A stretch of 58,587 bases of DNA, the filler included, from Catajapyx aquilonaris (lineage: Eukaryota): the NCBI GenBank assembly GCA_000934665.2. It is 4 parts of 4 records of this genome, joined end to end, with 100 filler letters (N's around TTAATTAATTAA, not from the genome) between each part and the next. Parts side by side here need not be neighbours in the genome. Positions count along the whole stretch, not along the records: positions 1 to 14,500 come from JYFJ02007762.1; 3 more parts are not named here. One strand, written 5' to 3'. Under the pieces are notes generated by a model. It was given only the letters and a program-made list of their open reading frames with translations, did not search any database and was not told where the DNA came from. Below are positions 1 to 10,888 of the stretch, piece by piece (position 1 is the first letter of the stretch; the number at the start of each line of letters is the position of its first letter). The translations under genes and the position numbers were made by a program.

Positions 1-391
1 ATGAGTTTAAAATTTCATGTTGGTTTTCAGAACAGTTCCCGAGATATACTCATTGAAAGCAATGGAAAAAGTGCACTTCCCGTGAAGGTTATTTTGGCAC
101 CCCTTGAAAGAAATATTAATATTTCGATAACTAAATTTAATCTCGTAAAACTGATTGCTCCATAAGGGTTCAATTGGATGTGGGTTTCACATATATTTAA
201 AAAAAAAAAATCGAAGACCATGACTGGGCACCCTCCGTCTGGATTGAAATGGAACCAGCCAATATGCAAATAAGAAACAAACATTATCATACAAATAGTC
301 CTAGATGATATGTAGGCATATGTTCAATTCGAGGGAGAAGAAAACAGTACAGTAGCAATTTAAAAATAATTTTTGCAATTTTTGCACTTAC

Positions 392-486
392 CCAGATTCA
401 GATGAGGAACCAGCCATCACCAGAACAGCATCATCAGACTCTGCTTGCATTGTACCCACTACATAACAGTCTTCGCTCACTGTGCG
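392..486 (-). CDS. WDR89: WDR89-like WD40 protein, coding exon 5 (gene continues beyond window start)
   Basis: ttttag| acceptor, RTVSEDCYVVGTMQAESDDAVLVMAGSSSESG, |GTAAGT donor; phase-compatible with exon 554-697. Confidence 0.75.
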
Positions 487-553
487 CTAAAATTCACATG
501 ATGTTAACTTCTAAAAGTTCTAATGTTTAATGGCAGAAAACACAAATCCTTAC

Positions 554-697
554 CTTAATGGCTCGTGTAATTTTCTCCCTATTGAATTCAGCATCTGGTG
601 CCACTGATTCCATGCTCCAGATCTGGAGGCACTCCGTATGTGTCACACATGATAAAAGATTTGTGTTTCCTTCTATTCTCAGCCACTTTATCTTGCT
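554..697 (-). CDS. WDR89: WDR89-like WD40 protein, coding exon 4
   Basis: ctttcag| SKIKWLRIEGNTNLLSCVTHTECLQIWSMESVAPDAEFNREKITRAIK |GTAAGG; 144 nt, phase 0/0; CVTHTE..QIW motif typical of WDR89. Confidence 0.8.
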
Positions 698-1734
698 CTG
701 AAAGCAACAGAAACCTCAATTTCACCAAATGCCATGCAATAGCAAAGATTTCAGTGTGAACCCTGTGTAGTTGAGGAGAATGGGGAAGTAGCCTTCATTT
801 TGGAAACTACATAATAAATTCGCCCATATTTTTTGGATTTTTTTGGCATATTCCGTCTTAAGATATCAGTCTCAGTTCCGGAGTAATTGGGGTTTTTATG
901 TAGGGACATGGTGACGTCACTGTTTCCCTAGAAAATGTTGACGTCACGCGAAGTGAAATGAACGCAAAAATGGTGTTATAGAACGCGCCCCGTCATTGTC
1001 GTAAAATGCTTCGCTGTTGTTAGCAACCGTCCCATTCCGTGGGCAAGATAGCGGCCGGGGCGCGTATTTATTCCAGGCCGCTCAAATCGCTTCTGGGCTG
1101 ACAGTGGTGCCAACTGGTAGGAATTATCTGTCACCCGAATTCGCCACATGAAGGCCCCTTTTCTCCACCTCGATGGCCTACAGCCGCCTTGCGAATGCTT
1201 TCCGTCGTGTCCGCGGTTAATTCAAAGTCAAATTCCTCATATCTCGCAGTCAACCAGGCATTTCAGTGTACCATTTCGATTGGCACCACCCGGCCGGGGC
1301 ATTTTTCCCGCCAATTTTGAAGGCACTTTTAAATGTGCCGTAATTTATCCAGTAATGTCATTTTGATGCAACAAAGTGATGGAATGTATGTTTACAGGCA
1401 TGGGCTAGCTAGTTATGAACAAAAATCCCAAATCCCAGACCAAGGCTACTTCCCCATTGGTAGTGGGCAAAGGGAGTTATGTCAAGCAGGAAGTTCAGAA
1501 CCTTCACACAAAAGGAGTAAGGAGCAACAGTGCTGCCGGCAGATGTAAGAAGAGCGTAACTCAAAAAATAGTAACGGTGAAAGTCACATGCCTGCCCTGC
1601 ACTAATCCCCCCTGACTCAGAGGGGACATATTACATGAGGGGTACCCTGTCAGTCCTGTTTAGGCACAATAGGTGCATTATCAAGCTTGTATGTTAATAA
1701 TCTACTAAAAGTACGTAATTTGAAAATATATTAC

Positions 1735-1866
1735 CACAGATGATTCCGTGTTGAGGCTGTGTAAAAGGGCATCATCTTCGTTTGATTGATTTATATCAAA
1801 TATGTTGATCAGACCATCAGTTGATCCAGATGACAAAATGTTGCATTTGGTTGGGTGAAAACAAAC
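1735..1866 (-). CDS. WDR89: WDR89-like WD40 protein, coding exon 3
   Basis: tttaaag| VCFHPTKCNILSSGSTDGLINIFDINQSNEDDALLHSLNTESSV |GTAATA; 132 nt, phase 0/0; FHP..L.SGSTDGL.N.FD...EDDAL is the WDR89 signature repeat. Confidence 0.85.
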
Positions 1867-2342
1867 CTTTAAAAAAATGAGAAGCAATGTCAATATATAA
1901 AAATGATATAAAATCAAGATGTGAAATAGTACACTTTAAGACCTTGAACTGCGTAGTGTATGCATGGTCAAAACTGCTACGTAAAATGGTGGTGCAGGAG
2001 AAAAGGTGCATTGTTCACCCCAAGAACCAGCTTAAAGAGTTAAGTAATCACAGAGTGTTGCTTCAAAAAAGTTGCATCACTTAGAATTGGTTGCCAGGGC
2101 GAACATTCCACAACATTTTAGACTACCAGTCGTGCTCAATTGGGACCTTTGATTATGCACCACCTTGTATATGCACACCAGAAGAGGTGGTGGTGAAGCC
2201 CAGCCTGAATCAGTGCCGAGTTTTACACAAGAAATTCATGCATCAGATTGCATGAGATAATTTTTATATCTTCATGATATCACCAACAGACACCAAGCAA
2301 ATATTGAAGGTTATTGTCAGTATGAAAAGGAAAAGTGCTACT

Positions 2343-3125
2343 GAGCAATTCCACGTAAAAGTAAACATCTGGGACAAAAATTGAAAATGACTTGTTGGCA
2401 ATGTGTGATACGTCGTTGGAATCAGAAAGAACCCAAATTTCGGCTTCTGAAATATATTTTGACATGGAACCTGAACTGGTAAAAGAAATTGCACCTGAAT
2501 GTGTTACATTGTGAATGCGAAGTTGTGCATGAAATCACATGAACTTTGACAGGCTTAAATGGGAACTTAAAATGAAAATAAATCCACTTTTCTTTGCACG
2601 GGGCTCAAGTCGAGGATGAAATGACCGCGTTCCTTGGTGGAGAAGGACAGTCATTCGACATAAATGGTTGATCTTGGCATCAAAAGTGGACTCCGCGCGG
2701 TGTGTGGGGTGTAACGAAATAGACTAAAAAGTTTATGACAATGAGTGGGTTTTAGGGCAGTGGTGCTAGTTTTCAATATTCATTGACTAGACACCGTGAG
2801 CAATGTCTCATGTGAATTGGAAGTCATAGAATGCCACCAATTTCTGGCAGCATTGATAAGGAAGTTGTTATGGGGTGTAACGTTACACCCCTCACGTGGC
2901 ACGGGTATGGGGTGCAACATATGCTCTATTCCCGTTTAAATGAAGTAGAGTCGTACATATTGGCACATTATGCTGAAAATTGTCTGATTATTATCTATAC
3001 AGTAATATTATACAGGCCTACTGTACGCATGGGTGAGGGAATTCCCCACTCAACACCTTTTACCAATCACCATCCTCTTGCATGACATGACACATCATTC
3101 CACCTTCCTCTTACCCACTCCACTA

Positions 3126-3156
<31 letters not shown>

Positions 3157-4084
3157 ATGTTATAAAGTGCTATCCTTGTGAGGGTCTGGCAAAAATAAAA
3201 ATTTAAAACTAACCTAACCTAACCTACAAAATACACACGAAATTTTGGTGACCAATTTTTTCACAGTAAAAAGGAGGTCTTGGTTTGATTTTCCACCATC
3301 CTTGTGAGGACTGTGTACATTATGAGGGCCTGAAAAAAGTCCTCGTAAGGTTTTCGGTCCTCACAAGGATAGGAAACTTGCGAAAAATATCCTCACAAGG
3401 ATAGCAATGTCTGATCACTGACACATACCAACACACACTCAGTGAGTGTCCAATCCTAGAGCAGGAAAAACAGGATTAATCCTGCCCTATAGATTTAATC
3501 CTCAGTCCAGTCCTAGAGCAGGTGTAATTAGCAGCTCTGAGAGAGGTTCACAGAATTTACGGAGCAAGGTGAGATCTGAGACATGGCAAAAACCAAAGCG
3601 AAGTCAGGCGTCGAAAGATTGAGAGATACGTGGTATTTTGTGCGGTTCTCCATTTCCAAATTCGCACGTTATGGGGTGTAACGTTTTTCATGTTTGGGGT
3701 GTAACGACTTCGGATGACTGTTACGTAATGGCCATTGGTCATAAGAGTAAAATATAGTCATAGAAAGTTAGCCTGAAGCCTATTTGACACGTCTGTGAAA
3801 ATCACAGCTCATTTTACTCACACCAATCACAGGAATTTAAATGAACTCACAGGTCACTTTTCCTGCTGTACATTTCGCGTTATGGGGTGTAAAGGAAGTT
3901 TACAGGGCTACAAAACCTTAACAAATTTTTATATTTCATTGAACCTTCACAACTCGACAGCTGCACTTGTCTACTAAATGCCCTGTGAAAGTCATGACTT
4001 GAAACCCCCGTTTTCCCATTTAAATCTTGTGTCAAAGTTCAAAAATTGTGTGCGATGTGTGGGGTGTAACATATGGAATTGCTC
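2343..4084. mobile_element. Non-autonomous DNA transposon, Sola2-like, in WDR89 intron
   Basis: TIR GAGCAATTCCA...TGGAATTGCTC, 4-bp TSD TACT (2339-2342, 4085-4088), internal GGGGTGTAAC repeats. Confidence 0.65.
3137..3439. mobile_element. MITE embedded in (CA)n microsatellite, nested in the Sola2-like element
   Basis: Inverted repeats TGCTATCCTTGTGAGG (3168) / CCTCACAAGGATAGCA (3391), internal (CCTAA)n, CA tracts on both sides. Confidence 0.5.
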
Positions 4085-4117
4085 TACTATAGTATTGAAT
4101 ATTAATAATGCCTATAA

Positions 4118-4271
4118 CCTCCTGACGCCCAGCGTACAGCCCTCTAGCCATTGGGTTTTATAATTTTTGAAAAAAAAATTTTTAGAAAAAAATATTTTTG
4201 AACAAAAAATTTGTGAAAAAAAAATTTAACATTTTTTTAAAAAATAAAAAAATATTCTGGGCTTCAGGAGG
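4118..4271. mobile_element. piggyBac-like MITE
   Basis: CCTCCTGACGCCCAG...CTGGGCTTCAGGAGG flanked by ATAA/TTAA. Confidence 0.55.
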
Positions 4272-4274
4272 TTA

Positions 4275-5785
4275 AAATATGAACTATCTAGAAAAACCCT
4301 TGCTTCGCTCACATTTTTCTATGGCGCAGGCCAAGAAAACCACTCGCTTCGCTCGCTTTTTTCTAGGCCTTTAGTGTAAGTCATGTTGGTAATGATGCTC
4401 ATCCAACAATATTATCTGCATCATACTCCCCTCCTCCCCTCCTTATATTAACCTTTGACGGCTAAGTACATCATAATAAATTATTATGATGTCCTGAGGG
4501 TTTTTGAATTTGGCGCACGAGGATGTGCATTTTTATAGAGAAGGCGAACTTTGCGGTTCCAAATGTGGTTCAATATGCTCCTGCCATCTCTTGGATGGTG
4601 ACTCAACTGCCATAGCAACCCCAGATTCCCCCCTGTTCCCACCAAGTTGAGTCGTATATGCCAAGGTCACATTGCGCCCACGTGATCGTTGATGTAAACA
4701 TGTTCCCTCAGTACAGGGTGCACGTAAAGTCTGGACGCTTGGGAGTTTATCATAGTACAGTGTTGTGGTAATATTATGTAACCATAAGAACAATGTATAG
4801 TGACTGAGTAAACTTGTTAGGTCTATCGACTTTCTGAGACTGTATACCGTACTTCCCATCTGTGAAAGCACTGCATGGGTAGGCCTACGCGCGCAGTTCC
4901 AAAGCAGTCCGATCAGTAAATGGTAACATTCGAATTTCGAACTTCCATTTCAACACCAGTGCATACGGTCATTTTTCAATAACCAGCGACCCGCAGTGAA
5001 GGGGGGACACATGGGGAGGGCAGGTAGTGTGGATGGAGAAGGGGAAAAGGTCCAGGTGACGATGAAGGCGGGAGAGACGAAAAAAAAGGGACCTTCACCC
5101 GGGAGGTCAACATGCAACTGAACGGATCCCACCCCCATTGCACATGCGCTGAACGGGCGCCAATCAGAGAGGTGGTGGTAACTATACGTCACAGTAACAA
5201 TGAACGGGGGCCAATCGGAAGGTGGTGGCAACAATATGGGAGATGACCAATCAGAGGGCTCTGCCAAACATGTCCACTACGATTTTAATATTGTAGATGC
5301 AGATTAGATAGACAGTGGAAAGATAACATCTGTAATAGTAAAATCCTTGCGGGAGTTGGCCGAGCCCTCTGATTGGTCCTCCGTATATTGTTATCGCCAC
5401 CTCCCCATTGGCCCGCGTTCTACTTATGCGCAATGGGGTGTAAACAACTCCTCTGTTGGGTAGCCAGGGAAACTGTCAATTCCTTCTCTGTATTGTTGCC
5501 CAGTTGACACTACTGTGAAGTTGTTTACAGAGTCAGTTCCCTTTATGGAACGACAGACACAGCACACAGGACAGACATGTTCTCACTTCTCACTACTCGG
5601 GCCATTCGAAGACTGCTGGAGGGCTAACATTATACCCTCCCCCAGCGCCCCCGGCGATATGGTGCCCCGAATATGTACCTCAGGCAGCAGGCCTCGAAAA
5701 GAGCGAGCGAAGCGACTGGTTTTCTAGGCCTGTGCCCTAGGAAAATGAGAACAAAGTGAGAGTTTTCCTAGTTGGAGTATATTTT
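4275..5785. mobile_element. Unclassified element with about 95-bp imperfect terminal inverted repeats and nested fragments
   Basis: 4275-4371 (GAAAACCACTCGCTTCGCTCGCTTTT) is the inverted complement of 5689-5785 (AAAAGAGCGAGCGAAGCGACTGGTTTTC). Confidence 0.5.
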
Positions 5786-6172
5786 TTTGATGTAGTAAAT
5801 GTATACAAGGTAATATGACTGTTTTTAAAAATAGGCCCTCTCATTTATCAATTTTTATATCCATAGTTTTTTTTTCAGGTATCCCAAGGGAAACAATGAT
5901 TAGAGGTTTCATTGTGTTTAAAAAGGTTGGTAATAAAAAATTTGAACATTCCCTAGGAAGATATGACTTTCACGTGTCTAGTAAAGTGGGATTTACACAG
6001 TCAGGTCCTACACGGATTCGAAAATCTCGACCATCGAACCTTCTGTGTAAATGGCATTCCGTATCGGATCTGACGGGGTCCGATGTTGGAGCCAGGGAGA
6101 TCAGCTCAAGTCACCTAGGCAGGTCGGAGACAAAGAATGGGTGGGGCAAAACGTCGGATTGACTCAGTGAAT

Positions 6173-6298
6173 GGGGCCGTGCAGACGGGCCAAGCTTGGC
6201 CGAGGCTGGCCCCGGCCCTGGCCAACTTCAAGGAAGTTGGCCCGTGGCCTGGCCGTGGCGTTGCTAGGGGGCCGCTAGGTGTGAACTGTCGCGGCCCC
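6173..6298. mobile_element. PIF/Harbinger-like MITE (short copy of the family at 45981)
   Basis: GGGGCCG...CGGCCCC termini, 3-bp TSD AAT, sequence shared with 45981-46818. Confidence 0.6.
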
Positions 6299-6738
6299 AA
6301 TGACTGTCCGACTCATCCTGGCTCTCTGATTGGCTAGTGGGGTTTTCTAGTTGAACTCACACCACGTTTACCTCCACCTAAACATTGTTAGTTTTAAACA
6401 AACTTTGCCCCCACCCCACCACCCCCTCGGGGCTCAGGAAATCGAACAGCAGACCTCTGTCTGAAGAGGGTGTCCGATGCCTTCGAGTCGGAGAGAGTCG
6501 GAGTCGGAGAGAGTCGGAGTCGGATCGACTGTGTAGAGCCCACTTAACTCTGGATATCAACCCTATTCAACCTCAGCATCAAGCCAATGAGATACCCTTC
6601 AAATGCACAAAAAAATGAAGCAAAATTGCAGCCATCTGCACATGAAAAAAAATGACAATTTATTTAATGCCTCAGATCTATTTGTCATCAATCACCAGTA
6701 CTTTTTATGAAACTTCCCTAGGTGTCCTACCAACTTAC

Positions 6739-7250
6739 CTGTGTGATGTCATCCTGGTGGGAATCCCACCACCCTCCAAGCAATTTCTTTGCCCTTAGAT
6801 CCCAGAACAGGTGATATGCATCTGTTTGCATCTCTGCTGTGCCTGCACAAATAACACGTCCAGAACAGTCAAGATCAAAACTCAAGAAGGGTCTCTGCTG
6901 TTCACCACCACTTGTGTCAACATAAGAAACTGCAGGTAACTTTTGACGCAGATCCCAACACTGGATCTCTTCTTCATTCCCAGTGTAAAGTAATCCATTT
7001 CTGAAACAGGCACCAATGGATGGAAAACTTGACTCCATATGCTGTAAGGACGTCAGGGTAGTGAGGTCATACACACTATGACCGGATGATTTTCCAACAG
7101 CCAGGTGCCCATCTGTAGTGTCCAAGTGGAGGACAGCTAGGCCTGCTTCACAGCTAGCCAGTTGTGAGTAGGCGCATGGAAAAGTATCTTGTACATTGCA
7201 GGTGTCTTCATCTACCTCACCACCAGACCAAATTTCCAGCTGGGATGTGT
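6739..7250 (-). CDS. WDR89: WDR89-like WD40 protein, large coding exon 2 (5' boundary uncertain)
   Basis: Open frame 7260-6739 with CWDLR, FLSFDLDCSGRVICAGT, LFWDLR..LLGGWWDSHQDDITQ, then CAG|GTAAGT donor; candidate acceptor ctctcag| at 7251; in-frame TGA at 7261-7263 just upstream. Confidence 0.8.
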
Positions 7251-9302
7251 CTGAGAGATATCATAACTCATTAGACATGGCATATCATTACAAAGTTGAA
7301 ATATCTGTTCCAGTCTGGAATATGCAGTAAATACTGGGCAATTTAAGTCACAGTGATGTAAACTAATCCTTCAAAAGTAATTCAGATAGTCTCAAGAACA
7401 GTTTAAAAAATTACCACATAGTGTTCCAGAGACCTCTACAGGTATTATTTTTTCATGTGGCTAAGTTTGATAACCAGTGGAAAATCCAGCAAGACAGTTG
7501 TTTTTTTTCCCCCCCAACAACCCAAGATTTTGGCAGGGAAAACTTTATTCAAGGATCTACCCTGTGCTGGTGCAATTGGCTCTCAGTAATTCTTGCTTTA
7601 CTGTGGATTTTGTGAGTGACAGAGAGTGGGAGAATTATTAGAAAACCCATGAAAGCATGGAGAAAATCCAGTGGAACTCGCTGAATATGATAAAATTCTT
7701 CGTCGATACACAGGGTGTCCAGTCTGTCCACAATGAACCTCCATAGTTTCAACTTGCTACCATTACGCAAGTTACTGGACCATGGTGGCGAAATTACACA
7801 CATGCAAAGGATCACTAATCAAGTTTATGTAAAAAAAATCAGTAGCCTTCCACACATATGTGCTCCTGTAGTAGCAAGCACTATTTCAAGCCGATAGTCT
7901 CCTTCCTCCGAGTTTCTCTCTGTCATGTCAGGGGTGATGGAGGACACATCATTATTTGGGTTGACCACTTTAGTTGCATACTCTCTGTCTTGGGAGTTGT
8001 GGAAAGGTGAAATTTTAACCCAGATATGCCTGAAAAAGTTTTTGTTGAATTTTTGAACTTTTTTTTTTGTTTAGACTATTAGTTCTTATTAGTTCCCAAA
8101 ACACAAAAATCGAGATAAAACATTTTTCTGAATTCTTGTTTGCAAGAAAATGGCAGTTCCCTATAATTATGGGATGCTAGGAAAATATAACCTAGTATGG
8201 CTGTAATAGTTGTTGATTACATTACCTTGGCAACAATGACAATCAGCAATATCCATAGTTTCATAATAACACCAATGATTGATTGTTGTCGATTGCATTA
8301 CCACGAAAACAGGCTGTGAAAAGAAGGGGCAACAGTTGCCATGTTAACCAATTGCCATGTAATCTCGTTTTAATTGTATGGATTCATTAAAATACAGTTC
8401 AACAAAGCGTACAAAATCCACACACATACTTTACTTGTCCAAATGTGGGTGCATTTGCCTCTTGCGTTCCCAAGACGGCAAACCAGATTTCAACACTACT
8501 CTACTACTCTACATCATCATTCATAAGTTTTCTAAGTATTACAAACAAAAAATAACTCATAATACTAATCAACATACGAGAATTAATTACTAATCGTCTT
8601 CGGGACGTGGAGGTGCAGCTATCATTTCCTGCATTAAAATTCAAACACCTGTATCTTAAAAATCTGAAGCAATATTGAGCAGGTTTGAACTTGTATCGTT
8701 AGCTGGGACTCTACTGAAGCACACTTTACTACTGCCAGCTCTTTAGCAGCAGAAGAACCTGCGCAAAAAAATTAAAATGTAACAACTGTGCAGGTGACCC
8801 CTATAGGGGACGCTCTGCATAATTATCTGGGTTAAGCATGTCCAGCACTTCTGTGATCGACTGAAGCTCAGCTAACCACCACACAACGTGTGTTTTTCTC
8901 TCTGTAGATACTACGTTTGCATCTTCCAACAGCATCCCCCACCGGAACACCACCACATCACATAGACCATTCCAAATTCAGTATGAAACTTGTTGAGTCT
9001 CCAATGTTTAAACAACAAAAACCTTAAATACCTCTGCATTTCTATTTTTTACCTCTCTTTGAAACTAGGGCAGTTAATTGTGGACCCTGTACAATTAAAG
9101 CTGCTCCCATATATCCTAAGTTCTCAATCTCTATGCATGAAGAACATTTTGCCACAAAATATGGTTGTATTTGTGACAGTCATGCAGCACATAATTCCAT
9201 CATAAACTGCCAGCTTATTACACTGCCTGATAATACTCAGTAGGCTACCCATGTGTATGTGAAAAATCCCCAAAATCCTACTCTTCGTATTAATAAACTT
9301 AC

Positions 9303-9342
9303 CTTCCAACAGAGTGGAGTCACATGTGCCGTTCTTTTCCAT
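9303..9342 (-). CDS. WDR89: Candidate first coding exon of WDR89-like gene (MEKNGTCDSTLLE; whole exon 9303-9450)
   Basis: ctcttcag| acceptor at 9451, ATG at 9342, strong GAAG|GTAAGT phase-1 donor that joins in frame to 7250; a further GAG|GTGAGT donor at 9986 suggests a 5' UTR exon. Confidence 0.45.
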
Positions 9343-10888
9343 CCTTGATCTCAATCTGATGGCAGGGTGACAAAAATATGGCCCGTCTTCACACTTTTCT
9401 GCCAGTTTCTAGCTAATTTGCTGCAAACTGGCCACCCATCAATTGCAGACCTGAAGAGACAGTTTATACCATAAGTCATTTGCATGTCCTTCTGTGAGGC
9501 AATGTTGGGCTAGGTGGATGATATGAATGGATGCTGTGACGGATTTTTCATACTCTTGTGAAAGCTAAAGCAGACATTTACTCTTCAAGTCTACATCTCT
9601 GCCTTTATTAAATGCTAACATGTCGTACCCTTATGTCCAAATCACTCCATAACATTACTCAAATAGTAGGCCTAACATTGCATTGTGGTGAGCCTCAAGT
9701 CCGTTATGTGTCGAAAACAGTGCATGAATCTCTCCAGTTCCTAGCCCCTACACCATGCCCTTTTGAAGTATCTCATGTCTCATCAGTAGTCAAAAAGTAT
9801 GGCGACCCATCCTCACCTGTCATATATGAACCCTTGAGGTACTGCACCCCACATCTACAAGAAATATGGGTCACAGCACGACCCTAGCAATGAGTTAGTA
9901 GGGCTGCCCATGGCATAAACCTATGCACGGTTCCCAGCCATACTCTATCACTCCACAGAGCTTATGCCAGGCGACGAGTACTCACCTCATGCACCGGACC
10001 ACTCTCTAACAAGTCCAGTAAGAGCCAAGCTTTCGTGGTGCGTGCTTCAGTCTATTGTTGGCAAAGGCGAAAGGCCTCAGGACCACATGGCAAGCCCGAC
10101 ACGACCCCGTAGTTCACTTATTTGCCACTTGGAGCGCCACTAAACTACTATTCAAGCACATTATTATTGTTTCGCGCACAGGTACGAACATGGGTACGAA
10201 TATATTCTGAAGCGCCTGGCTGATTCAGTTAATGTTTTTAATTGTATACAGAAAAACAAGTTATATTATTTGTTCATAATGCTGGCTACTCCTGGATTTC
10301 AGATAATTACCAATACCAGTCAGGTGCTTACATTGTTGTGAGCAAAGTCAATAAACAAACTAATACGGCTAATTCTATTTGTACCGTAATTTGAGCTGAC
10401 ACCAAATGTTCTTGATTAACCAGGAAACTTACGTGAGCTGATAAGCATATACACAAAAATCCCTGGAATACCTCATATCTACAGAGTGTGACGCTAAATT
10501 GCAACTTACACAACAATTCCATGAATTTAGGAAATGGGAATGGCAAATCCATTAGCAAATTGTGCCATTTGTGTGGACAATGTTGCAATACCACTGCAGC
10601 AATTTACTTGCAATTGTCCCAGAGTGGAAAATTGGACACTTTTACGTAATACGCAAAAATGCAGCAAATATTCTATAACTTCAGAGCATCACAGTAAATT
10701 GCAACCTACATGCATACCGGATATGCGGTAACAGGATATGCATTAGCAAATTGTGCTAATTGTGTTGACACAAGAAGCAAGACATTTTACTACAACTGAC
10801 TTGCAATTGCTCCAAGGTGGAAATTGAGGTGTGCAGTGTTTATCAAGACCGGAACCTTAGGGGCTTAACTTGAATATTATGCCACCAC

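Noticed and set aside
3208..3226. (CCTAA)n as interstitial arthropod telomere repeat
   Set aside because: Only about three units, inside a MITE where such tracts are common.
7261..7263. Selenocysteine or read-through TGA in WDR89
   Set aside because: WDR89 is not a known selenoprotein, the 3' UTR is outside the window, and splicing or mutation explains it more simply.
8828..8890. 5S rRNA-like fragment (GATCACAGAAGT, minus strand)
   Set aside because: Match is only about 12 nt; flanks do not follow 5S.
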